NCBI GenBank assembly: GCA_963801605.1
Contig: CAWDFP010000007.1
Location: 160,001 to 224,000, forward strand
DNA: 64,000 nucleotides
Reading direction: 5' to 3'
Source of the DNA: an uncultured candidate division Zixibacteria bacterium
Lineage (GTDB): Bacteria > Zixibacteria > MSB-5A5 > UBA10806
This document shows positions 29,535 through 39,993 of this stretch, in pieces; the stretch's first letter is position 1, and each line of letters begins with the position of its first letter. Under the pieces are notes generated by a model. It saw nothing but the letters and a program-made list of their open reading frames with translations. It made no database searches and was not told the DNA's origin. The position numbers were made by a program, and so were the translations under genes.

Positions 29535-31195
29535 ATGGATAAATCAAAAAAGGGGCAATCGGAATCTTTCGCCAGGTGGCAAAAGGAATTTGAAGGATCA
29601 TCCCCGGATAAAAATAAAAAATTCATGACGGTATCATCAAAACCGATTAAGCCGTTATATACACCCGACGATATTTCCAAAAACGATTTCGATCGCGATA
29701 TCGGTTACCCCGGCCAATATCCTTACACCGAGGAGTGCATGCCTCGATGTATCGCAGGAAAATGTGGACAATGCGGCAGTTTTCCGGATTCGGAGCGCCC
29801 CGGCAAACCAACGAACGCTATCATTTTCTGCTAAAGCAGGGTCAGATGGGCCTTTCGGTGGCGTTTGACCTTCCCACGCTGATGGGGTACGATTCCGATT
29901 CGAATCGAGCGGTTGGCGAGGTCGGTGTTTGCGGCGTGGCGGTCGATACTCTCAAAGATATGGAGATCATTTTCGATGGTATCGATCTCTCCAAGATTTC
30001 AACATCGATGACAATCAACTGCACATCGACGATTGCGCTGGCAATGTATATCGTGGTTGGAGAAAAGCAGAAGGTAGCATCGCAAAAACTCACAGGCACG
30101 CTTCAGAACGATATCTTAAAAGAATACATCGCTCAAAAGGAATGGATATACCCGCCGGAACCGTCGATAAGACTCATTACCGACATGATGGCTTTCTGCG
30201 CCGCGCACGTTCCCAAATGGAATACGATTTCGATTTCCGGTTATCATATCCGTGAGGCTGGAGCTACGGCGGCTCAGGAATTGGCTTTCACTCTGGCTGA
30301 TGGTTTCGCTTATGTTGAGGCGGCTATCAAGACTGGTATGGATGTCGATACTTTTGCCCCGAGGTTGTCATTTTTCTTCAACTCTCATCTCGATTTTTTC
30401 GAGGAGATAGCCAAGTACCGAGCCGCCAGACGAATCTGGGCCCGCCACATGAAAGAACGATATAAAGCCAAAGATGAACGTTCCTGGCTGATGAGATTTC
30501 ACACTCAAACTGCGGGTTGCTCTCTTACCGCCCAACAACCGGAAAATAATATCATGCGCACCGCATTTCAGGCACTGGCCGGTGTTTTGGGCGGCACGCA
30601 ATCGCTGCATACCAATTCGATGGACGAAACCTATGCTCTTCCCACCGAACATGCAGTCAAACTGGCGCTGCGGACTCAGCAATTGATCGCTTATGAGACG
30701 GGTGTGGCAAATACCATTGACCCCTTGGCAGGTTCTTATTTTGTAGAGGCACTAACCAACGAGCTCGAAGCCGAAGCCGAGAGATATTTTGACGAGATCG
30801 AAAAGCGCGGCGGGGTGCTCAAATGTATCGACCAGGGATATTTCCAGCGAGAAATCGCCGATGCCGCCTACAAGTATCAGAAAGAAATCGAGAAAAAGGA
30901 ACGGATAATTGTAGGCGTTAACGAATTTGTCGAGGAAAAAGCGGCGGAGATACCGATATTAAAAATCGATCAACAGGTGGAGGTCGATCAGATCGCGGCT
31001 CTTAAGAAAATCAAAGAAAATCGTGATAATGACCGCGTAAAAACAACTCTATCGGCGCTCAAGAAAGCTGCAGAGGCCGGTGAGAATCATATGCCGCCGC
31101 TTCTCGATTGTATCCGCTGTTATACGACCGAAGAAGAAATCACTACAGTTCTGGCCAATGTCTTTGGCACCTATACCGAACCTCCTCTTATTTAG
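29535..31195 (+). CDS. icmA: B12-dependent acyl-CoA mutase large subunit, isobutyryl-CoA mutase type (frameshift near 29730)
   Basis: [44 protein letters not shown]; no B12-binding domain. Confidence 0.8.
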
Positions 31196-31215
31196 GTCAG
31201 TTCAAGATTAATCCT

Positions 31216-31250
31216 AACGCCGGAAATAATTTATTCCGGCGTTTTATTAT
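31216..31250 (+). terminator. Intrinsic terminator after the mutase large subunit
   Basis: AACGCCGGAA...TTCCGGCGTT followed by TT. Confidence 0.75.
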
Positions 31251-31423
31251 ATCAAAAAAAAGGATAATCCCGCGTGAGACTTTCAGCATCATATATTCAA
31301 GCGGGACTACATGGCATCCCGTATCTTTATTATTATGAACATCTTACGCCTTAAAAGTAACGTATTGGTATTTTCAATTCAAAATTCTTGACAAGAATGC
31401 GTTTGACGTTATATTATTTTCGT

Positions 31424-31858
31424 ATGAAAGTTAAGATTGCCCTTACGATTCTGCTAAGCCTGGTTGTACTGATTAGCTGCTCACATAACAAAGTTAATAA
31501 TTCGACCCCCAATCAACCGCCGGTTCCCCAGGGGGGACGCGTTTCCATTCTCAACAACAGTGATGTATCTATCAGGATTGCCGGCTATACTCAGCAGAGG
31601 GGCAGTCAAATACAACAAGTTCAGCTTTGGGTGCATATCTTCCCAAACCAGGATTTTATTTTACATAATATTATTGATCCCGGTCAAAGCCAGATCTTTC
31701 CCGGCGGAGATAAATTGACCGTGGTTTACGTTGCTGACGAGCGCGATCCCAATAACCCGGGACAACCGTTGTTCCAGCAAACAGTGGTACTCACAGTCGA
31801 CGGCAATTTGCTTATTCATGTCAAAAATGGCGGCCTGTACGGAATAATGCCGGGCTGA
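31424..31858 (+). CDS. Hypothetical lipoprotein
   Basis: MKVKIALTILLSLVVLISC lipobox. Confidence 0.7.
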   Translation: MKVKIALTILLSLVVLISCSHNKVNNSTPNQPPVPQGGRVSILNNSDVSIRIAGYTQQRGSQIQQVQLWVHIFPNQDFILHNIIDPGQSQIFPGGDKLTVVYVADERDPNNPGQPLFQQTVVLTVDGNLLIHVKNGGLYGIMPG

Positions 31859-32053
31859 TTTCTATTCTCCTTAACAAATTAATATTTCCCATATTTAATT
31901 ATAATCGATTTTGTATTGCGGCTGTTTGCCACGGCGGCTAATTTTTAAGCTTGTTTTTACGGCGTCCATATTGCAAATTAGAATACGAACTGTTATATTT
32001 CAGTTTTGATGGTTTTAAATTATTAGTCTAAATCGATAAACGAGGGATAGTTT

Positions 32054-32473
32054 ATGGAAAGTAAATTTCGGATACTGGTTGCCAAACCCGGGCTGGATGG
32101 CCATGATCGGGGAATTAAGGTCATCGCCGCCGCTCTTCGCGACGCCGGTTTCGAGGTAATCTACACCGGATTACGCCAGACTCCGGAGCAAATCGTTTCC
32201 GCCGCTATCCAGGAGGATGTCGATGCCGTCGGGCTTTCGATCCTGTCGGGTGCGCATATGACCCTCTTCCCGATGGTTCTGGATGGCCTGCGGAAAAAAG
32301 GTGCGGACCATATTCTGCTTTTCGGCGGAGGTATTATCGCCGACAGCGAAATCAAGGAGCTCAAAAATATGGGTGTCGGCGAAATTTTTACTCCGGGAGC
32401 ATCGACTCAGGATATCGTGGAATATCTCAACAAAACGCTGCCTCAGATTAAAAAAGATGAAAAAATATTATAA
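32054..32473 (+). CDS. Cobalamin-binding small subunit of acyl-CoA mutase
   Basis: [10 protein letters not shown] (DxHxxG), [15 protein letters not shown]. Confidence 0.95.
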   Translation: MESKFRILVAKPGLDGHDRGIKVIAAALRDAGFEVIYTGLRQTPEQIVSAAIQEDVDAVGLSILSGAHMTLFPMVLDGLRKKGADHILLFGGGIIADSEIKELKNMGVGEIFTPGASTQDIVEYLNKTLPQIKKDEKIL

Positions 32474-32504
32474 GATATAAACATCACAATTAAAGAGAGG
32501 GATT

Positions 32505-33683
32505 ATGTTTCGATACAATATCGACGATAGACAACAGGCTATTAGAGACCGAGTAACAGCTTTCGCAAAACTACATATCGAGCCGTTTTCCAAGGAACTC
32601 GATCACCGCAACGACCCGGATCGTTTTGCCATGGATATCTATCAGGCGCTGGCCAAGGAGGGTTTTACCGCCCTCAGGATGCCCAAGGAGATTGGCGGCG
32701 GCGGTGTTTCGTCTATCGAATATACGACTCTTATTGAAGAGCTTTGTTATCATGACGCCGCGGTTTGTTTGCTTGATGCCGTTACCGAATTGGCAACCTA
32801 TCCCATTTATACATTCGGAAATGATGAACAGAAGCGTAAATATGTGCCCAAATGCGCCTCGGGTGAGCTGCTTCCCGCTTTCGTTCTAACTGAGCCCGCC
32901 GCCGGTTCTGACGCGGTCAATCAAAAGACCACCGCTGTACTGGATGGCGATCATTATGTAATTAACGGCGAGAAGATTTTCATCATGCACGGCGACGTGG
33001 CCGACTTATTCGTTTTGTTTGTTAAGATGGGCAGCGATGGTGATGACGATAAGGCCTCGCGCAAGATTTCGGCAATTTTGGTCGAAGCCAAACAAAATGG
33101 CAAATATATCCCCGGAGTAAAGACAGCCACTCTCAAAAAGAAAATGGGCATGAGAGCCGCCACCACCGGCCGTATCTGGCTGGAAAATGTGCGGGTCCCC
33201 AAAGCGAATCTGCTGGGCGAAGTCGGCAAAGGCTTCAAGATTGCCATGAACACTCTCGATGGCGCCAGAATTGGTGTTGCCGCCCAGGGTCTTGGAATTG
33301 CCCAGAGAGCGCTGCAGGAATCGATCGATTATGCCAAGAAGAGAATTTGTTTCGGCCAGCCAATCGGTAAATTCCAGGCTATTCAATGGATGATCGCCGA
33401 TATGGCCACTCAGATCGAGGCCGCCCGCATGATGACTTACAAGGTATCTATGATGCAGGATAAGGGCGAGAAATTCACTATCGAGGCTGCCCAGGCTAAG
33501 CTGTTCTCCACCGAAACTGCCAAGTTCTGTGTCGACCGTGCCATGCAGATTCACGGCGGATACGGTTATATCGGCGAGTTTTCACCAATAGAGAAACTCT
33601 ATCGGGATCAGCGAATCATGGAAATCTACGAGGGAACATCGGAAATACAAAGATTAGTTATCTCAGGTAGTTACTTGAGATAG
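32505..33683 (+). CDS. Acyl-CoA dehydrogenase (butyryl-CoA DH-like)
   Basis: LTEPAAGSD, NGEKIFI, QIHGGYGY, IYEGTSEIQR. Confidence 0.94.
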   Translation: MFRYNIDDRQQAIRDRVTAFAKLHIEPFSKELDHRNDPDRFAMDIYQALAKEGFTALRMPKEIGGGGVSSIEYTTLIEELCYHDAAVCLLDAVTELATYPIYTFGNDEQKRKYVPKCASGELLPAFVLTEPAAGSDAVNQKTTAVLDGDHYVINGEKIFIMHGDVADLFVLFVKMGSDGDDDKASRKISAILVEAKQNGKYIPGVKTATLKKKMGMRAATTGRIWLENVRVPKANLLGEVGKGFKIAMNTLDGARIGVAAQGLGIAQRALQESIDYAKKRICFGQPIGKFQAIQWMIADMATQIEAARMMTYKVSMMQDKGEKFTIEAAQAKLFSTETAKFCVDRAMQIHGGYGYIGEFSPIEKLYRDQRIMEIYEGTSEIQRLVISGSYLR

Positions 33684-33748
33684 CAGGCAAAAGCGGGGCC
33701 GGAAACGGCCCCGCAGTCATTTAGGACGTCTAAAGGGGTAATTGCCTT

Positions 33749-34589
33749 ATGAAATTAGGCGATATTGAAACTTATTCGATATTGGAAAATTATTTTCATA
33801 TCGATGGCGGGGCGATGTTCGGTGTCATCCCCAAAATTATCTGGAGCAAGCTATATCCATCGGATGATAAAAACCTGATCAGACTGGATCTCAATCCGCT
33901 TCTAATAAAAACCGGTAAAGAGATAATTGTTGTCGATACCGGATTTGGTGACATTCTCAATGAACGCGAACAGAAGATGTATGCTCTTCCAGGTCCCACC
34001 AAATGGGACGAGGAACTAAACCGTCTGGGGCTAAAAGCTCGAGGATATTACTGCGGTCATTTTAACTCATGCTCATGCTGATCATGCCATGGGCGCTCTG
34101 AGATTGGGAAAAGACGGTCGTCCGGAGCTTCGTTTCCCCAACGCAAGGATTTTTGTTCAAAAGGGCGAATGGCATGATGCCATGAATCCCAACGAGCGCA
34201 CCGCCGCAACATACCTGGTTCATAATCTGAGAGTAATAGAGGATTCCGGAAAGCTTGAACTCCTTGACGGTGATACCGGCCTTTTCCCCGGCGTATCGGT
34301 GATGGTAACCGGCGGCCATACTCCCTATTCGCAGGCTATAATAGTCGATGGCGGCGGCGAGCGTATAATCTATCCGGCCGATATCATGCCATCATCGGCG
34401 CATATCAGGGTCCCCTATGTGGCGGCGGTCGATCTCGATCCAAATACAACTATGGCGCGAAAACGATGGCTCAACGAGAAAATGCTCAAAGAGGATTGGA
34501 TAATAGCGTTCGATCACGATCTCAATTTCAAATTCGCCAAATTCAAAGCGGACGAAAAGGGAAAAATCGAACCGATTAAGGTTGGGTAA
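33749..34589 (+). CDS. MBL-fold metallo-hydrolase, YtnP-like (frameshift near 34040)
   Basis: DGGAMFGVIPK, THAHADH, TGGHT. Confidence 0.88.
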
Positions 34590-34629
34590 ATCAACTTTAA
34601 TCGAGACCTCATAATAGCGGAGACTGCCA

Positions 34630-36180
34630 TTGAATCTCGAAGAAAAGCTAAAACAGTTGCAGGAAATGCGTCGGACCGCCAAACTTGGCGGTGGCCAAAA
34701 ACGTATCGACGATCAACATAAAAAGGGAAAGCTGACCGCCCGCGAAAGGCTTGAACTTCTGCTCGATGATAACTCCTTTGAAGAGTTCGATATGTTTGTC
34801 ACCCATCGTACCAAGGAGTTCGGACTCGAAAAGGAAAAGTATCTTGGTGATGGCGTCATCACCGGATATGGCACCATCGATGGCCGGTTGGTGTTTGTCT
34901 TTTCGCAGGATTTTACCGTTTTTGGAGGTACTCTATCCGAGGCATTTGCCGAGAAGATATGCAAGATCATGGATATGGCGATGAAAGTCGGCGCCCCGGT
35001 TATCGGCCTGAATGACTCCGGCGGAGCGCGTATCCAGGAAGGTGTGGTTTCGCTCGGAGGATACGCCAATATCTTTTTGCGCAATACGCTGGCTTCGGGG
35101 GTGATCCCGCAGATTTCGGTAATACTGGGACCATGTGCCGGAGGAGCGGTTTATTCACCGGCAATCACCGATTTTATCTTCATGGTAAAAAACACCTCAT
35201 TTATGTTTGTCACCGGCCCTAACGTGGTAAAGACCGTGACCCATGAAGAAGTGACTTTCGATGAACTTGGCGGCGCAGGCGTTCATTCCAGCAGATCGGG
35301 CGTATCGCATTTTTCCTGCGAAAACGAAGCCGATGCTATACTAAAAGTTCGCAGTTTAATGGGGTTTATTCCGTCAAACAATCTCGATGATCCGCCGCAA
35401 CTGGAAGCAACCGATCCCCTCGATAGAATCGATGAATCGCTTAATACCATAGTTCCCGAAAATCCCAATAAGCCTTATGATATTAAAGATGTTATCACCC
35501 GAGTGGTTGACAATGGCGAGTTTCTGGAGATTCATGCCGACTACGCCCTTAATATCGTTGTGGGATTTGCCAGGTTGGGCGGCAAGCCTATTGGGATTAT
35601 CGCCAATCAGCCGGCGCATTTAGCGGGAGTGCTCGATATCGACAGTGCTATCAAAGGAGCCCGTTTTGTGCGTTTCTGCGATGCTTTCAATATCCCGCTG
35701 GTGACTTTCGAAGATGTACCCGGATTTCTGCCCGGAACGGCACAGGAACATGGCGGCATAATAAAACATGGCGCCAAGCTCCTTTTCGCATATTGCGAGG
35801 CAACCGTGCCCAAGCTGACTGTCATCACCCGCAAAGCCTACGGTGGGGCCTACGACGTTATGTCATCCAAGCATATCAGAGGTGATATAAATTACGCCTG
35901 GCCGACCGCCGAGATTGCCGTGATGGGTCCCAAGGGAGCGGCTGAGATTATTTTCAAAAAGGAAATTGCCGATTCCCCAAATCCTGAGGCTGCCTTAAAG
36001 CAGAAGGAAGAGGAATACCGCAATTTGTTCGCCTCGCCTTTCAGCGCCGCCGAACGCGGATATATCGATGACGTCATTGAGCCATCGACGACCAGGCCGC
36101 GCTTGATTCGCGCTCTTAAGATGCTCGGCACAAAGCGAGAACAGAATCCGCCTAAAAAGCATGGAAATATCCCATTATAA
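34630..36180 (+). CDS. pccB: Acyl-CoA carboxylase carboxyltransferase subunit (PccB/MmdA-like)
   Basis: [35 protein letters not shown]. Confidence 0.93.
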   Translation: MNLEEKLKQLQEMRRTAKLGGGQKRIDDQHKKGKLTARERLELLLDDNSFEEFDMFVTHRTKEFGLEKEKYLGDGVITGYGTIDGRLVFVFSQDFTVFGGTLSEAFAEKICKIMDMAMKVGAPVIGLNDSGGARIQEGVVSLGGYANIFLRNTLASGVIPQISVILGPCAGGAVYSPAITDFIFMVKNTSFMFVTGPNVVKTVTHEEVTFDELGGAGVHSSRSGVSHFSCENEADAILKVRSLMGFIPSNNLDDPPQLEATDPLDRIDESLNTIVPENPNKPYDIKDVITRVVDNGEFLEIHADYALNIVVGFARLGGKPIGIIANQPAHLAGVLDIDSAIKGARFVRFCDAFNIPLVTFEDVPGFLPGTAQEHGGIIKHGAKLLFAYCEATVPKLTVITRKAYGGAYDVMSSKHIRGDINYAWPTAEIAVMGPKGAAEIIFKKEIADSPNPEAALKQKEEEYRNLFASPFSAAERGYIDDVIEPSTTRPRLIRALKMLGTKREQNPPKKHGNIPL

Positions 36181-36210
36181 ACGGATTATTTGAGTTAAAT
36201 CGGGGTAATT

Positions 36211-37101
36211 TTACTCTTTGTATTTATGTCTGAAGCTGGCAAGTTGCTTATGTGCCAGATAAGAGCTTCGAACCAGCGGTCCGGCCTCGATATATTCCAT
36301 TCCCAGCGCTTCGCCCTTTTCCTTAATTGAGGCAAACCATTCCGGAGGGAAAAATGCCTCCACGGGCAAGTGCCATTGCGAAGGCCTGAGATATTGACCA
36401 ATCGTCATTACCTGGCAACCGTGGTTTTTGGCATCGGAGATAACCTCGAGAACTTCATCCTCGGTTTCGCCCAAACCTACCATAATGCCGGATTTGACAA
36501 TTGTATTATTGCCCATTTCGCGGGACGCTTTAAGAATATCGAGGGAACGCTGATATTGAGCTTTGGGACGTACCGTTTGATAAAGCCGGGGCACAGTCTC
36601 CAGATTATGCGCCAGTACATCGGGCTTTGATTCGAGTATGCTTTTGAGAGCGCCTATATCTCCCATCAGGTCTGAAATTAGAAGCTCCACGCCGCAGGAT
36701 GGAATTTGCGATTTGATAAGGCGGGTAGTATCTGCAAAAACAGAGGCGCCGCCATCGGAAAGATCGTCGCGCGTAACGGATGTAATCACGGAGAATCTCA
36801 GATTCAATCTGACACAAGCCTCGGCCACACGGGATGGTTCATTGAGATCGCATTCCAACGGCTTTCCCTTTTTTACATTGCAAAAACGGCAATTGCGAGT
36901 GCAAATATCTCCCAATATTATAAAAGTCGCAGTTCTGGCGGAATAACACTCACTAATATTTGGACAGGTGGCCTCCTGGCAAACCGTATGCAGATTGAGT
37001 TCCCCAATCAAGTTCTTAACCTCGCGATAGGTTTCGCCGAATACGGGTCTAATCTTAAGCCAGGCGGGTTTGCTTATCCCCTGTTTACCGGAAATATGCA
37101 T
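36211..37101 (-). CDS. lipA: Lipoyl synthase
   Basis: CQEATCPNISEC, CTRNCRFC, RSSY. Confidence 0.97.
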   Translation of the reverse strand: MHISGKQGISKPAWLKIRPVFGETYREVKNLIGELNLHTVCQEATCPNISECYSARTATFIILGDICTRNCRFCNVKKGKPLECDLNEPSRVAEACVRLNLRFSVITSVTRDDLSDGGASVFADTTRLIKSQIPSCGVELLISDLMGDIGALKSILESKPDVLAHNLETVPRLYQTVRPKAQYQRSLDILKASREMGNNTIVKSGIMVGLGETEDEVLEVISDAKNHGCQVMTIGQYLRPSQWHLPVEAFFPPEWFASIKEKGEALGMEYIEAGPLVRSSYLAHKQLASFRHKYKE

Positions 37102-37109
37102 TAATTCCC

Positions 37110-38030
37110 CTAATCGTTCCAGGCTTCGATATATTTTCCGGCAGCAACAGCGGCAGTGGTGCCATCGCCGACAGCATTAGTAACCTGCTTGACAAGCTGT
37201 TTGCGAACATCGCCAATGGCCCAAATGCCCTGTATGGATGTCGCCATGGTATCATCGGTAATGATATATCCCATGCTGTCTTTACGGATAGCATCGCGGA
37301 AAATATTGGAGTTCGGTACAAAACCGATGAATGGGAAGACCGCTCCAACCGGAATATTGCGCTTTTCATTGGTTTTTACATTTTTAAGGGTGATCGATTG
37401 AACTTTATCGGGGCCGTTGATCTGTTCGATAACCGAATTCCAGATGAATTCAATCTTTTCATTTTTCATGGCACGCTCCTGGACGAGCTTGGCCGCCCGC
37501 AATTCAGCGCGTCTATGGATTATATAAACCTTGCTTCCATATTTCGTTAGAAAGGAACCTTCCTCAACCGCGGAATCGCCGCCGCCGGCTACCGCGATTG
37601 GCAGCCCTTTGAAGAAAGCACCATCACAGATGGCGCAGTACGATACTCCCCTGCCAGCCAGCTCCAATTCCCCCGGTACGCCCAGCTTGCGCGGCTGACC
37701 GCCGGTAGCCACGATTACGGCTTTGGCACGGTATTCGGCATCGTCACCTTTAACAATCTTAAAACGTCCCTCGGTATAGATTTCGAGAACGTTATCATTG
37801 GCTATTTCAAGCCCAAATTTCCTGGCGTGATCTTCCATCTTTTTGGCAAGCTCCGCCCCACCGATAAGCTCGAAACCGGGGTAATCCTCTACCCATTCCG
37901 TATTGGCAATCTGTCCGCCCGGAAGAAGTTTTTCAAGACAAAGTGTTTTTAATTCGGCTCTTGATGCATATAATCCGGCTGTAAGTCCGCCGGGACCTCC
38001 GCCTACTATTACGATGTCGTAATCCAGCAT
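37110..38030 (-). CDS. trxB: Thioredoxin-disulfide reductase
   Basis: GGGPGG, CAIC, GGGDSA, IHRR. Confidence 0.97.
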   Translation of the reverse strand: MLDYDIVIVGGGPGGLTAGLYASRAELKTLCLEKLLPGGQIANTEWVEDYPGFELIGGAELAKKMEDHARKFGLEIANDNVLEIYTEGRFKIVKGDDAEYRAKAVIVATGGQPRKLGVPGELELAGRGVSYCAICDGAFFKGLPIAVAGGGDSAVEEGSFLTKYGSKVYIIHRRAELRAAKLVQERAMKNEKIEFIWNSVIEQINGPDKVQSITLKNVKTNEKRNIPVGAVFPFIGFVPNSNIFRDAIRKDSMGYIITDDTMATSIQGIWAIGDVRKQLVKQVTNAVGDGTTAAVAAGKYIEAWND

Positions 38031-38041
38031 TAATCTCTCCT

Positions 38042-38587
38042 CTAAAAATCTATCCCTTTTTGGGCCATTATTCCCTTTTGATAAGGATGTTTTATTTCGC
38101 GCATTTCCGTGACCAGATCGGCCCTTTCAATCAGGTCCGGATGAGCATTGCGGCCCGTCAAAACTAAATCTAAAAGCTCCGGTTTACAGTCTATAAGGCT
38201 AAAGATATCTTCAATTTTAATAAGATTTAAGCTAACCGCCACATTTATTTCATCGAGAATAACGATATCATATTTCCCGGAAACTATTTTCTCTCTGGCA
38301 AACGCCACGGCCTCACCGGCGGCCTTGATATGCTCGGAACGATCCAGTTTATCATCAATGATTCCCACAAATCCAAGGCCTTTTTGGTAGAGTTCAACAT
38401 TTGGGGCCAGTCTTTTGATGCCGTCAAGCTCGCCATATTTCCAGCTTCCTTTAATGAACTGGATTATGCAGACCTTTTCGTCATATCCCACCGCACGGAT
38501 ACAAAGGCCAAGCGCGGCTGTAGTTTTCCCTTTGCCGTTGCCGGTGTAAACTATCACCAGTCCTTTATCGTCGAAAATTTTCTCCAT
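38042..38587 (-). CDS. cobO: Cob(I)alamin adenosyltransferase BtuR/CobO
   Basis: YTGNGKGKTTAALG, QFIKG, LDEI, TGR, KHPY. Confidence 0.95.
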   Translation of the reverse strand: MEKIFDDKGLVIVYTGNGKGKTTAALGLCIRAVGYDEKVCIIQFIKGSWKYGELDGIKRLAPNVELYQKGLGFVGIIDDKLDRSEHIKAAGEAVAFAREKIVSGKYDIVILDEINVAVSLNLIKIEDIFSLIDCKPELLDLVLTGRNAHPDLIERADLVTEMREIKHPYQKGIMAQKGIDF

Positions 38588-38764
38588 GAGCCTTTCTTAA
38601 CGCCGGGTTCAAAAAATGAACTCAATTTCAATAACTATTATAATATATCAATCAGTTTCATGCTATACAAGCATTTATGCCATTGGAAAGTCAATGAGAT
38701 AAAAAAAACGAGAATATGGATTTTTCTTATAAGTGTTATCAATTCAACAAGATGAATTTGGATA

Positions 38765-39881
38765 TCACTTTATATAAGTAATTATTCTGGATGAAAGCTG
38801 ATGCGGCCCTTTAAGTCTAACAAGATAGGTTCCTGATGCCACTTTCTCGTTTCGCTGGTCGCTGCCATCCCATGAGATTACGTAATTGCTGGGTTCAAGC
38901 TGCCCGCTTTTCAATACATGGATACGCCGTCCCAGAATATTCTATATCCCCAGTTCGATTTCCTGAGCCCTTCCCTCGACCGTAAATGCGATGTTCGTCC
39001 AACCATTAAACGGATTGGGATATACCTTATCGATCTTCACTTTAACAGGCAGGACATTTCCGTCCGGAATACTGGCAACTTGCTGACTTTGTTTCAAAAT
39101 CCAATAATCCGGATCCACCACCAGCGTATTCGGTTGGCTGGATACCGCAAAGTCGTAGCTCTGAACATACTGATTATTTAGAACCACAAAATCGTGGTTT
39201 CCGCTATGTGGAAATCGGATAATCGTTGACCCAGTGATACGTAAGCGTTTGTTTCTGAGTATCAGGCACTACTTCCGCCAGGTAACCGTTTGATCCAACT
39301 TTATTATCATCAGGGACCGTGGCGTAAATTTCGGACGTGGCTTTGTCCCAGGGCTCGTCATAACAAGGAAACCACCAGCGTGCGTCCTGAGGCTCGGCCA
39401 TCGTGTAACTATTCCAGGGATAATAAAAGAATCCTCGTCCAGTGACTGTATCATGATAACAAATTCTCACCGACAAGGTTTCTTGAGATAAGCGAGGCCG
39501 GTCGAAATTGATGACTATCGAGGTATCATCTCTGGAAAACGAGGCGAGCGTTGTACCAAAAAATACGGAATCGGCCGCTAACTTAACCATGTGAAGCCTG
39601 ATAGCTGAAAGGCCGCCAGATACAACCTTAAAACTCAATGTCATTGAACCCGAAAAATAAATCGGCGGACCACCGAAATTTAGATCCAGACGATAGTGTA
39701 AAGCATCAAAACTATGAACGGAATCGAACAGCGCCTCGGAGGGATTGCTGAACCTATCTGATATGAAGAATTTGCCGTCCTGGAGTGTACCCGGCCAGTT
39801 GAATGGTTGTCCAGCCCAGGCGCAAATTGAGATATATAATAAAATAGTTATTAATAATATTAATGTTAGCCTGTTCTTCAT
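38765..39881 (-). pseudogene. Secreted M1 aminopeptidase with C-terminal YPNPFN domain, catalytic core deleted
   Basis: N-terminal FDALHYRLDL...AEPQDARWWFPCYDEPWDKAT...YPIST jumps at ~39205 to VDPDYWILK...VYPNPFN; no HEXXH; extra TAG at 38942. Confidence 0.75.
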
Positions 39882-39993
39882 GACATCAAAGATAATATTT
39901 TTAATTAGCCCCTAATGCAAGAGAATATCTATAAAATAGTAATGGCGCCAGATATACACCCGGCGCCATTAAAATATTCCCTTACTATTTCAT

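Noticed and set aside
38588..38764. Cobalamin riboswitch upstream of cobO
   Set aside because: AT-rich with no B12-box or conserved stems visible
38942..39206. TAG codons at two positions where Tyr is expected, suggesting amber recoding
   Set aside because: One TAG is created by the deletion junction, and TAG ends normal genes here (rplS, DUF503, nadA)
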